Shown in pieces: positions 11,517 through 21,915 of a stretch of DNA of 64,000 nt. Under the pieces are notes generated by a model. The model saw only the letters and a list, made by a program, of their open reading frames with translations. It was not told the origin of the DNA and ran no database searches. The position numbers and the translations under genes are program-made. The stretch comes from Phoronis australis. Taxonomy: Eukaryota > Animalia > Phoronida. Within the stretch, counting starts at the first letter, position 1. Every line of letters begins with the position of its first letter. The stretch covers positions 1 to 64,000 of the forward strand of contig NMRA01000078.1 of the NCBI GenBank assembly GCA_002633005.1, in the 5' to 3' direction.

Positions 11517-12299
11517 GTAAGTCTCATAGCTCCACTGTTGGTCTTCCCCAAACTCGCAATCAAGCGGCGGAGTTTTACAGAAATTGTGTTTGTCCTTGCA
11601 TAAGCTATCTGGACATTGGTTGAGGTTCATGCGTGCTTACTTTCGAGTGCTACATTCAAATGCTTGCATATTTATGTTATCCTGTCATTGGTTGAGATTA
11701 AAGCATGCTTAACTTTCAAGTGCTGTATTCAAATTTTAGTGACCTAAAAAGGTGAAACGTCAGTTCTGGTTCATAAAACAATACATATATAAGTGTTGGA
11801 AATGTTGGCATGTTCAGCTTTCCCTTTTTATTTTAGGTCAATTTGTTGTCAGTCTTGAGACTTCAATATAAAAGTTTTAAAGGATACTAAACCCTGTTTT
11901 GATGATTTCCACCAATCCTCAATCTGTCACCTGCTAATGCATCACTGGCGTCAATCTTCCAAGTTAAGCGCAGGAATCAATTAAAAACCCATACTCTCAA
12001 TGCCACAGATTGGGCGTTACCTTGGTGGGTGGTCCATTCCCACAGCTGTCGTGTAATTCGCTGGAAGCGTAGGTCACGCTTACCCGTTTAGCAGACTTTG
12101 AAAGGAGTTTTAGAATTTTCCTCTTAACTTTTGAGGGTTCTCGAGGGTTACAGAGTATTATTTCGTTTTAGAGAACTGGATTGGAAAGTTGTTTTTAGCA
12201 GGCCGAAACGGGGTTTGGTATCGTTTTCATGTATTACTTTGTCCCTCATGATGGTACAGCTCGACTGCTAAGAAATTATCGTCATTGTGCTGGTTTCAG

Positions 12300-12534
12300 A
12301 CAATTGGTGTGCAAAGATCTACTTCAACCACCGGTGTTTTTCGGGTCCGTTCCTCAGCAAAGGCCGTATAGCTGAGCTGCCGAAGAGTGTCGGGCCTGGC
12401 CCCATCTGTCTGGTGTTAAAGGAAGTACTGTCCATGTTGATCAATGTTGCTTACAAGTCGAGTCGTGTGCTGAAGGAGCTGCAGCTGGAGGGAGAACCCA
12501 ACATCAACATGCACCAGCAGAGTCTGAAGGCCAA
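12300..12534 (+). CDS. SFMBT: SFMBT exon, SLED domain
   Basis: (D)[33 protein letters not shown]...[17 protein letters not shown]...LKAK matches SFMBT1/2 SLED; ag/gt boundaries. Confidence 0.96.
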
Positions 12535-12706
12535 GTGAGTCTCTACTGTTTGACTTGGTGTTAGCTGGTGCGTGAGCATACGCGGTGAGGGTTACTAGAC
12601 TGTGGGTGTTGCCAGGGTCGATGCACCATTGAATATGCAAGATACAAAAAATTTAAATTTTATGGAAAATCACCGTTTGTTTCGCAGAAATCATTATAAT
12701 GAAATC

Positions 12707-12954
12707 AAGTGTGACTTTAAGAGCCTTGGGCGGTGGCATACGTCACTTATGATTTTTTAATCAAACAATAAGTTTCACCTTGAGCTTCACCGTTGCGACT
12801 CAGAAACATACGTTTGTGCATCATGAAAAAAGTTTTATTCGCCTGTAGACACGAGCAGGTGAAACGTAAGTCGATGAATTCCCCACAATCGCTTGGAAGT
12901 TTATGTGTTTGTTTCATTAATATCTCAAGGGAACATGGAGTAAAGTCACCTTAA
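12707..12954. mobile_element. small MITE-like relic
   Basis: Imperfect inverted ends aagtgtgacttta ... taaagtcacctt followed by aa. Confidence 0.35.
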
Positions 12955-14036
12955 AAATTCCTTCACCAACAACAATTTCCTGGTGTCACACTGATGCACT
13001 CAGGATGAGTAAGCCCTATCATTAGTTTTAAAATGTTGGTGATAGGATATGGTTGTCGTGAAGCGCTGTAAAATGATCTGATATTGGCACCAACTACGGT
13101 TTGACCTACAATGTATTTCACTAACACAAGGTCAAGTGAATCTGCCGAAGGCAGTACAATGCTGGGTGTTGACACGTGTCTATCAAGATTCATGCCGTAA
13201 GTCGTTTCGATCAGTGTTTGTTACATTCGCTTTTTGCATTCAATTGTGTTTTTGTTCTCTTGTTTACCAGAGCTGTCCCCTCTGATGTACTGTAGGAACT
13301 CTGTGCATTAATAATGATTGTTATTATGACACTCAACCTAATATTGACTGATCAAAAGTATTCCAAGAAAATGTTGAATAAGTGATAAAATTATGTGGCG
13401 GGTGTTGTTCAATATGGCGAAGACGATTTTTAGTCAAGCGTGTTGCCACCTCACTAATTTTGAAGAGAAATACCAATGAAGAGCTACGACTTTATTTGCT
13501 ATGTGACATGAACAATAGCAGACGAGAATGGAAACCAAATCGAGGCTCTGTGGTACCATCTAAACAATAACTGGCATGGTCATACATCTGTCTTACTTGG
13601 GAGATTTTGCGATATAATTGCGCATGATTTAAGGAGACTATTTATAAAATAGATGGTAACAGACTTATTGGTGTTTGCTGTAACTGAATGTCGTAGGTGG
13701 GAAGCTAGTGGAATACAGGCATAAAATAGATGTGTGTTAGGTGGTATAGATGCATGAGTTGCTGTATACGAATTTTTGTAAATGGCCTGACATAAGGTTG
13801 CTTGAAATAAAGTTATCTTGTTCCCTGAACTAATGAAATGTTAATGTTTGGGTTAAGTCTTGGTGCAAATGGATTACATGCTGGTAAGAAGGTACATAAG
13901 CGACATCTTCAATTAATTTGGTGTTTGGAATCACGTAATGAAAATGAGAAATATAATTAGCGCTAGTTGTGTTTAAAGTTTAAATCACTAAATTAAAAGT
14001 AACATTTTGTTCTTATGAATCCCATTTATTCGCCAG

Positions 14037-14212
14037 GTACAAAGGCAAAAGTTACCGTGCCACTGTTGAGATATGTCGCAGTGCTGACCAGTTGGAGGAG
14101 TTTTGTCGGCAGACGTGCATTAAACTGGAGTGTTGTCCGTATCTAGTCAGTCCACTTTTTGTCAACGGGAACTGTCCAGAGAACTGTCAACAGCTGACCA
14201 AGACAAAGTACA
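14037..14212 (+). CDS. SFMBT: SFMBT exon, end of SLED domain
   Basis: YKGKSYRATVEICRSADQLEEFCRQTCIKLECCPYLVSP...CPENCQQLTKTKY; cgccag acceptor, gtgagt donor. Confidence 0.96.
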
Positions 14213-14900
14213 GTGAGTATCCCCCCCGTTTCAAGTAGTCTTAAATATGTGCTAAGCTATCAGTTTTTGACATTTTGTCAATATAATCGTTCTGTAAAAA
14301 CTAAAATGAATTGTAGTTGACTTTTTAAGGATAGCGTGTATAGCTAATGAGGGGAACTTAGGCTTGCATTTTTTAACTCGTTAATCGCATTGTATCTTGA
14401 ATGGCTGTATGATGAGTTTGAAACTTTCCATTAATGTAGATCTGCACAAAGTGCTGTTTTGCTGTGTTGAGTTATACGTCAGTTGGCCAGCTCACTGGTA
14501 CTTCAATACTGGTGCATATAGGGTGTAAATAAGAAAAAACTAGTAGAATGCCGATAAAAAAGTACCGGTTTTCTTATTTGGTCCAAGACAAAGTTGACCA
14601 CTTGAAGTATGTTCAACAACTTACATTGAAAGTACCACACACTTTTGCCAAAAACAGTTTACGCGAATACATCGGACCGGTTTTTGTGGTTATTGTTTCA
14701 TACTCATAACTTTGGAGGTATCAATAAATTACTGTTTATGTGTATCAGTGTGAAAGTATGGATAGTCCTTAACCAGTGTTCTGCCCTACTTATATTGCTA
14801 TCACAAAAAGATGTTCTCAAAAGTGTTTAAGAGTGACTGGTTTTCAAATGCACTACATCTGCTTCGGTCCTTGCATGAGACAAAGTGTCTTTCCTTGTAG

Positions 14901-15343
14901 CGTATTACTATGGTAAGAAGAAAAAGAAGAACAAAGTCGGCCGTCCACCAGGGGGCCACACTAATTTGGAGACGGTTCATAGGATGCCCGGCCGTAAGAA
15001 GAAGAAGAGGCGACCACATCCATCGTGGCTCCACGGGCCGAAGAAATTGGTGACTGCGGAGCAGGAGAGGGAAGAGCCTGCAGAGGGCGCTGGTGTCAAG
15101 TTAGATTCGAGCGTTGACCACCAGAATGAGGAGAGCGGAATGGAGAGGAAACGGCGAAAGTACATTCACCACCTCCCCCCACCCTCAGATATTCAGACGC
15201 GGGGTGCTAAGTTACCTCGGTACAGTTTCGAACGGCGCACACACAAGAAGGTGCTGATAGAGCATCGTAGTCACCGTGACGATGCCCATAGGAAACGACT
15301 GATACGACAAAGGTTTCAGATAGGCGGTGCTGGAGAGACGAAG
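14901..15343 (+). CDS. SFMBT: SFMBT exon, basic/NLS-rich region
   Basis: (T)YYYGKKKKKNKVGRPPGGHTNL matches SFMBT YYGKKK..GRPPGGHSNL; ttgtag acceptor, gtagga donor. Confidence 0.9.
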
Positions 15344-16266
15344 GTAGGAATAGAGGCTGATTGTGGTCTTCCAATGAGATACTTAATCCTTATCGTGCTG
15401 AGCCTCTATTCAGACTACTTTCCCTGTGTGCTGAGCTAAGCAGGTCACCATTACTGCTGTACACTAAGCTGTTGTGGAGGTCACCCAGACAAATGACCTA
15501 ACAATTTTAATTTGAAGAGGAAATATTAAATTAACAGAAAAGAAGTCAATATAAAACTTGTGCAGAATTTAATGGAGATTTTCACCATGTGTAAGTCTTT
15601 ATCATAGCCTTGGTGAAAGTAAACTGATCCACTGTCATCCTCTCCCGTATGGCTCCAGCCATATAATGAAACTTTGTCTACACTTACATAAACCTGCCAA
15701 TATCTCCCAAACTAGTAATCACAGCCATATGGTTTAAATTGGAGATGTGTAGAGGAAACTGCGAAGTATGGAATGCTCCTTGTCACATATCTAAACAACA
15801 TTCCAGGGCTCTTACAATTTCTGAATGAAAATCACAAGTGTCCTGGGGTGAGTGCACTGTCCTAGCGCAGCCCAGCGACCTCGCCTAGCGCAGGATAAGG
15901 GTTAAAGACAACTTTGACTTAATAAAAGTGCTGTCTAACTTGAAATATGGGGGAAATTTTAGGAAAGATTATCATCTGTAAGTCACCTAGGTATTTTTGT
16001 ATGTTACTGTTTGTCGGTTTTGCAGTCACATCACTTGAAAGTGCTTTCATTTGCATGCGGCTGTCAGTTGGCATAAGGTTAGTTATGAGCTGGTGCCAAC
16101 TGTGCTGATGTCATCTGGTTATTACACTAGTCTGATGTAATCAGGTCTTCGATTTAGACTGAGAGACCCTAGTTTTCCATTTTCAAAATGGAGAACGCTG
16201 TTTTAGCAAACCTAAAATTCTGTTTTTTTATTTTTGTTTATTATCTAACTCCATTTTACTGTTTTA

Positions 16267-16654
16267 TATCAAATAAACACAGAAAAATCAGGAACCTCAA
16301 CTGGGAATCGAACCACAGGTCTCTAGATTACCGGTGTAGTGCTCTTACCACTGATTTTTCTGGCCAACCTCAGCGTCTATAATATCTAATTAACACATAC
16401 TGGTAAATTGCTGATTGTATAATTTATGTAGTTGTCCAAATCCCGTGCGAAAAAGGCAAAACGCTGCTCGTGGGATGTATGACGTAACAGTTGACTGTAA
16501 ACAGTAATTGCACAGATATCGGGTCCTCAGTAACTTAGTGATAAGAGCACTAGACCAGCAATTTAGAGACTTGTGGTTTGATTCCCAGTTGGGGTTCCTG
16601 ATTTTTCTGTGGTTAGTAGATATGTTTCACTACTGGCCAACCTCAGCGTCTTTA
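16267..16654. mobile_element. tRNA-derived element with two divergent (inverted) tRNA-like arms and 15-bp TSD
   Basis: 16278-16352 is the reverse complement of 16537-16611 (~8 mismatches in 75 nt), both with A/B-box-like motifs; CATTTTACTGTTTTA flanks at 16252-16266 and 16655-16669. Confidence 0.75.
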
Positions 16655-17186
16655 CATTTTACTGTTTTAAAGTGATAAAAAATAATTATTCCCGGAATTG
16701 CCTTTCTTTGTCGTCTGAATTATGACGCAGCTCCATTTTGCAGATTCCTTTCTGCACATTGTGTTGATTGTTTCTAAACTGCGAAAAAGTTCAGCGCCAC
16801 CTTCAGAGAGAATCAGGCATCCATTAGAACATGTCTTCTTCAAATTGATGTTGATTAATTTGTAGCCGGAATTTGATGGATTGCATTCTTTATGTTTGGC
16901 AATTAAAAGCCGAAAATAGAATTATGGAATCTGCTAATGAAATATGGATAAAATCTTTATTTGAAGTCCTCAATTCCATGATTCAAAGCAGTCAGATTCC
17001 TTGGATTTCTCCTGTTTTCCTTGATCGTGGGAAACTGGGATGAATGCAGACTTGTAAAACGAGTCCATAAACCACCTTTTCTTTCGTGAAGGTCAGCAAT
17101 TTGAAGACAGTATTGACTCTAAAATGAAACACCATGGTCATTTTTTCATAGTTTGGTATGTATTGATATCCAGTTTGTTCCTGCAG

Positions 17187-17321
17187 GAGTCCATCCATAA
17201 CCATGATGATGGCAGTCGACTTCACCTTGACAGTAACCCTCTCTCGTGGAGTGTCAGTAAAGTGGCCCAGTTCATCATGTCTACGGATTGTGCGAACCTG
17301 GCCAGGCTATTCAAGGAACAG
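17187..17321 (+). CDS. SFMBT: SFMBT exon, SAM domain N-part
   Basis: ESIHNHDDGSRLHLDSNPLSWSVSKVAQFIMSTDCANLARLFKEQ; ctgcag acceptor, GT donor. Confidence 0.95.
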
Positions 17322-17810
17322 GTCTGTGTGGTCCACTGTTGAAGGCTTTCATTTAGAACTGGGATTTGCAAGGGGCTAATGTCTACTCCGAGAGTCAACC
17401 CAACAAATTGTTGGATTTAGTATTTTGCATCATCATAATGGAATAGCTAGGAATTCAGCAATTCTCAGAAACAGGCCATTCTTGTGTTATCCTACTCACA
17501 GAGACAAGAAAGTGACGTACGTCACAATACTGTGCTCTTCATTGGACGCATACCATTATCATTTCTGTAGTGCGATGGTAAAAACTTTGTGTGTTACTGT
17601 TGACAACTGAGCACTCAATTTTCAAGAAGTTAATTATTAAGTATTTTGGTGATGCTATACTTTTGATTATAATCAAATTTCCCTCATTAAATCCAAAAAG
17701 ATATATTTCAAACTTCGTATTTTGAATCTCAAACCAGACTTCTTGACTGTTTTCCATCAAATTGTTGTGGGGCTAATAATAAGTTGTTTTTACCGTTTTT
17801 ACTTTTTCAG

Positions 17811-17951
17811 GAAATTGACGGACAAGCCTTTCTGCTTCTGAACTTACCCTCATTACAAGACCACATGGAACTAAAGCTAGGACCTGCCATAAAACTTTGT
17901 CATCAGATTGAGAAGGTCAAGATCGCCTTCTACCGTCAGTTTGCCTCATGA
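17811..17951 (+). CDS. SFMBT: SFMBT terminal exon, SAM domain and stop
   Basis: tttcag acceptor, [46 protein letters not shown]. Confidence 0.96.
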   Translation, partial: EIDGQAFLLLNLPSLQDHMELKLGPAIKLCHQIEKVKIAFYRQFAS

Positions 17952-18681
17952 CCGGTTACTGTTGTATCGTGACTGTGTTAATGGCGAACCATGCCAAGCA
18001 CTCATTGCTAGGAGTGGTTGGTTTATTGAGGCAATGTGTTTTTTATCAAGCTTAGGAGGGGTGCTGGTGAAGAATTTGTCAATATCTATTATATTGGCAT
18101 GTGTTTTTGTAACCACAAGGTGACACTCTTCTGTGTTTTCACAGCCATGATCTGCCCTGAGAGACATTTTCCAGTCAAAGTTTATATACATGAACCTGAT
18201 TTGACTCAACATGTATGGTGTGGCTGTACAATACAGTACATCTGAGGAATGTTCCTTTGCAGGAGACGCTCATGATGAAAAGTCTACTTATGGAAGAGAA
18301 ATCGTAATTTTTCTGCTGTAATTCAACATTCGGCCTTACCGAACAATAACTTCAGTGCGGCCATTTTGTTAGTCTTCATCAGAAAGGTCTCGCACTCAGA
18401 AAACACCCACCTTTTACTCTAGGAATTATGAATGGTCTTGTGTGATCACTTTTGTCGAAAAAACTTGCTCCACGGAATATCTCCCCGACTAATTTCATAC
18501 TTGCATAAGTTCGATCCAACCAGACCACGAGATTTCATGGTGAAATCCAACATATCTGAAGGGCTGAGTGTGTGAATTAGAAGAATTGTACTGCGAGACT
18601 TTGTCTGACTTGAGTGAGAATCCAACTTGGGCAAGTTTTAACTATATCAGGCAAATTAAGGTCTGATTAAATTGTCTATCC

Positions 18682-18687
18682 AATAAA
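18682..18687 (+). promoter_or_regulatory. candidate polyadenylation signal for SFMBT (another at 19625-19630)
   Basis: AATAAA downstream of the stop codon; not verifiable without transcripts. Confidence 0.3.
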
Positions 18688-18784
18688 CCGAATCGCATTA
18701 AAGCGAAACCTATTTACAACATTCAGTCTCATATAATGTTCCATTCCATATATTTTTCTGTAACGCAAAATGCCCTTTCTACAT

Positions 18785-21671
18785 TTTGTTTTTAACGAAC
18801 AGGTAACGACCCTCACTTGTTAATGTACTACTTCAACGTCCCATTGCTTCAAGTTTACAGCGAACTACCACATGCAGTCTAATAAGTGATCAGGCAGTCT
18901 CCTCGATTGCGCACTTGTGCGCAAGGCCTGATGCACATGCACTGTGTATTAACAAACATATAGGAGGAACTTAAGGTCTAGGAAGATCCAACTTAAAAAT
19001 AATACGCTTCTGACTTGTGCGAGTTTTACTGTTCATGTACAGTGTCCCCCCTCCGATTAATTTTGCATTTCTACCACTTAAAAGCCACCTCTACTGGTGT
19101 TCTGTGGTTTCTATTTTAATTGTCTAAAAATTGATTCAGATAAATCCAACGTCGGGCACGTCTTCGTTTGTTACCAGAAGCTCATTGTTACTAGGTTCAT
19201 TGTGAGGAGGTTCTACTGTCCTTGTTTCGTAAGCTTCTCTCGCCCCTTTGTATGAGGTTAGCTGGTCAGCACACTGGAACACTAACCTTGTGTGATGATT
19301 CATCATAGAACAAGTCTTGGTTGTCTTATTTTCTTGGCAGATATTGTATTGTTGTATAGATTTTTTATCCGGTGTATAGATTTTTTATCCGGTGAATAAG
19401 ACTGTTTGTGTTACTTCTGTTTAACATTGTTCCAAGGCAACTGAAACATTTACACTTCAGAAAAAATCGAATAATTGGGGAGTTTTTGTTAGAAAAGATC
19501 ATGAAAAAATCGTAACCAATGAGATTTTGTTATTTGAGGTAATGTGCTAAGTTCAGTAACCTTGCTGTGATCCAAATGTATAGGCCTACTTAAGTTGTTA
19601 AATGCAGGAGAGCTATCTGTCAGAAATAAAACATAATTACAACCTTTTTGGCATGTTGTTTGGGATCTGTGTCAACACGTTTTGGTTTCAGCATTAGTTT
19701 TATAAACTGTTTAAATTGTTAACTGACTGCATTTGGTTAACATTCATATCTTACATACTGGCCTGTTATCTGTATCAATTGTTTATTATACATATATTAT
19801 TTCTCAAAGCTGTCATTGGACATACAATGTAGAATGCTGTTTCGATTGATAAAGGCCGTGTTGGACCTACACGAGATCACGGACAGTGTGTGATCTAGAT
19901 GGTCTGTTTAATGCATGTGTGCGAGGGTAATTGTCATTCAGTGTACAAGTGCTGTGACCACAGCAACACCAGTGTTTTACAGAGCTTGCATAGTGAGGAA
20001 AACCTGACCGGATGGTATATATTTCGTGACGTCATCTTGTGATGGTAGTACATGTACTTCAGTCTATAATCAGCAGATATCTTGCTTTTATGGGAGATAA
20101 TTGGTCTCGTAACGCACGTCTGTGACCGCTATTGCAGTCTTCCCTCATTCGTCAAACAAATAAGCTACAGCTTTGGGCCGCGCTCAAACTGGGCCAAACT
20201 AGTCAACATAGGGATCATTCAAATGTGGCGAATGGGGCGGGGGGGGGGGNTTTGTTTTTAACGAACAGGTAACGACCCTCACTTGTTAATGTACTACTTC
20301 AACGTCCCATTGCTTCAAGTTTACAGCGAACTACCACATGCAGTCTAATAAGTGATCAGGCAGTCTCCTCGATTGCGCACAAGTGCGCAATGAGGCCTGA
20401 TGCACATGCACTGTGTATTAACAAACATATAGGAGGAACTTAAGGTCTAGGAAGATCCAACTTAAAAATAATACGCTTCTGACTTGTGCGAGTTTTACTG
20501 TTCATGTAGTGTCCCCCCTTTGATTAATTTTGCATTTCTACCACTTAAAAGCCACCTCTACTGGTGTTCTGTGGTTTCTATTTTAATTGTCTAAAAATTG
20601 ATTCAGATAAATCCAACCTCGGGCACGTCTTCGTTTGTTACCAGAAGCTCATTGTTACTAGGTTCATTGTGAGGAGGTTCTACTGTTCTTGTTTCGTAAG
20701 CTTCTCTCGCCCCTTTGTATGAGGTTAGCTGGTCAGCACACTGGAACACTAACCTTGTGTGATGATTCATCATAGAACAAGTTTTGGTTGTCTTATTTTC
20801 TTGGCAGATATTGTATTGTTGTATAGATTTTTTATCCGGTGTATAGATTTTTGTATCCGGTGAATAAGACTGTTTGTGTTACTTCTGTTTAACATTGTTC
20901 CAAGGCAACTGAAACATTTACACTTCAGAAAAAATCGAATAATTGGGGAGTTTTTGTTAGAAAAGATCATGAAAAAATCATAACCAATGAGATTTTGTTA
21001 TTTGAGGTAATGTGCTAAGTTCAGTAACCTTGCTGTGATCCTAATGTATAGGCCTACTTAAGTTGTTAAATGCAGGAGAGCTATCTGTCAGAAATAAAAC
21101 ATAATTACAACCTTTTTGGCATGTTGTTTGGGATCTGTGTCAACACGTTTTGGTTTCAGCATTAGTTTTATAAATTGTTAACTGACTGCATTTGGTTAAC
21201 ATTCATATCTTACATACTGGCCTGTTATCTGTATCAATTGTTTATTATACGAGGCATTTCTCAAAGCTGTCATTGGACATAGAATGCTGGCCGTGTTGGA
21301 CCTACACGAGATCAGGGACAGTGTGTGATCGAGATGGTCTGTTTAATGCATGTGTGCGAGGGTAATTCTCATTCAGTGTACAAGTGCTGTGACCACAGCA
21401 ACACCAGTGTTTTACAGAGCTTGCATGAGTGAGGACTAACCTGACCGGATGGTATATATTTCGTGACGTCATCTTGTGATGGTAGTACATGTACTTCAGT
21501 CTATAATCAGCAGATATGCTTTTATGGGAGATAATTGGTCTCGTAACGCACGTCTGTGAATTGCAGTGTTCCCTCATTCGCCAAACAAATAAGCTACAGC
21601 TTTGGGCCGCGCTCAAACTGGGCCAAACTAGTCAACATAGGGATCATTCAAATGTGGCGAATGGGGCGGGG
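18785..21671. repeat. ~1.45-kb tandem duplication (18785-20250 / 20251-21671)
   Basis: Both copies start tttgtttttaacgaacaggtaacg and end aaatgtggcgaatggggcggg; scattered SNPs and indels; second copy abuts a gap. Confidence 0.95.
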
Positions 21672-21768
21672 NNNNNNNNNNNNNNNNNNNNNNNNNNNNN
21701 NNNNNNNNNNNNNNNNNNNNNNNNNNNNNNNNNNNNNNNNNNNNNNNNNNNNNNNNNNNNNNNNNNNN

Positions 21769-21915
21769 AGTTTGACCAGAAAACTCGTGAACTCCCGGGC
21801 CGTTCAACGTAGTCTGTTTCTGTGCCGGAAGTGTTTTTTTGCGGGGGCGTTACAGCCAATCCTTGCAAATTGGCTCGATAACTTGCAGTTTGTATTGAGG
21901 CACTGACAAGTAAGT
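21769..21915 (+). promoter_or_regulatory. promoter-like segment with possible non-coding first exon
   Basis: ETS site CCGGAAGTG (21825-21833), GC-rich GCGGGGGCG, CCAAT (21856) and ATTGG (21869), then a consensus donor GTAAGT at 21910. Confidence 0.4.

Noticed and set aside
16520-16611. Functional tRNA gene (also 3328-3390)
   Set aside because: No proper acceptor stem, mutated T-loop or D-arm, and embedded in SINE-like context
7444-17186. Intronic miRNA cluster as in rodent Sfmbt2, or intronic snoRNAs
   Set aside because: No repeated pre-miRNA hairpins or convincing C/D or H/ACA structures seen; the rodent cluster is lineage-specific
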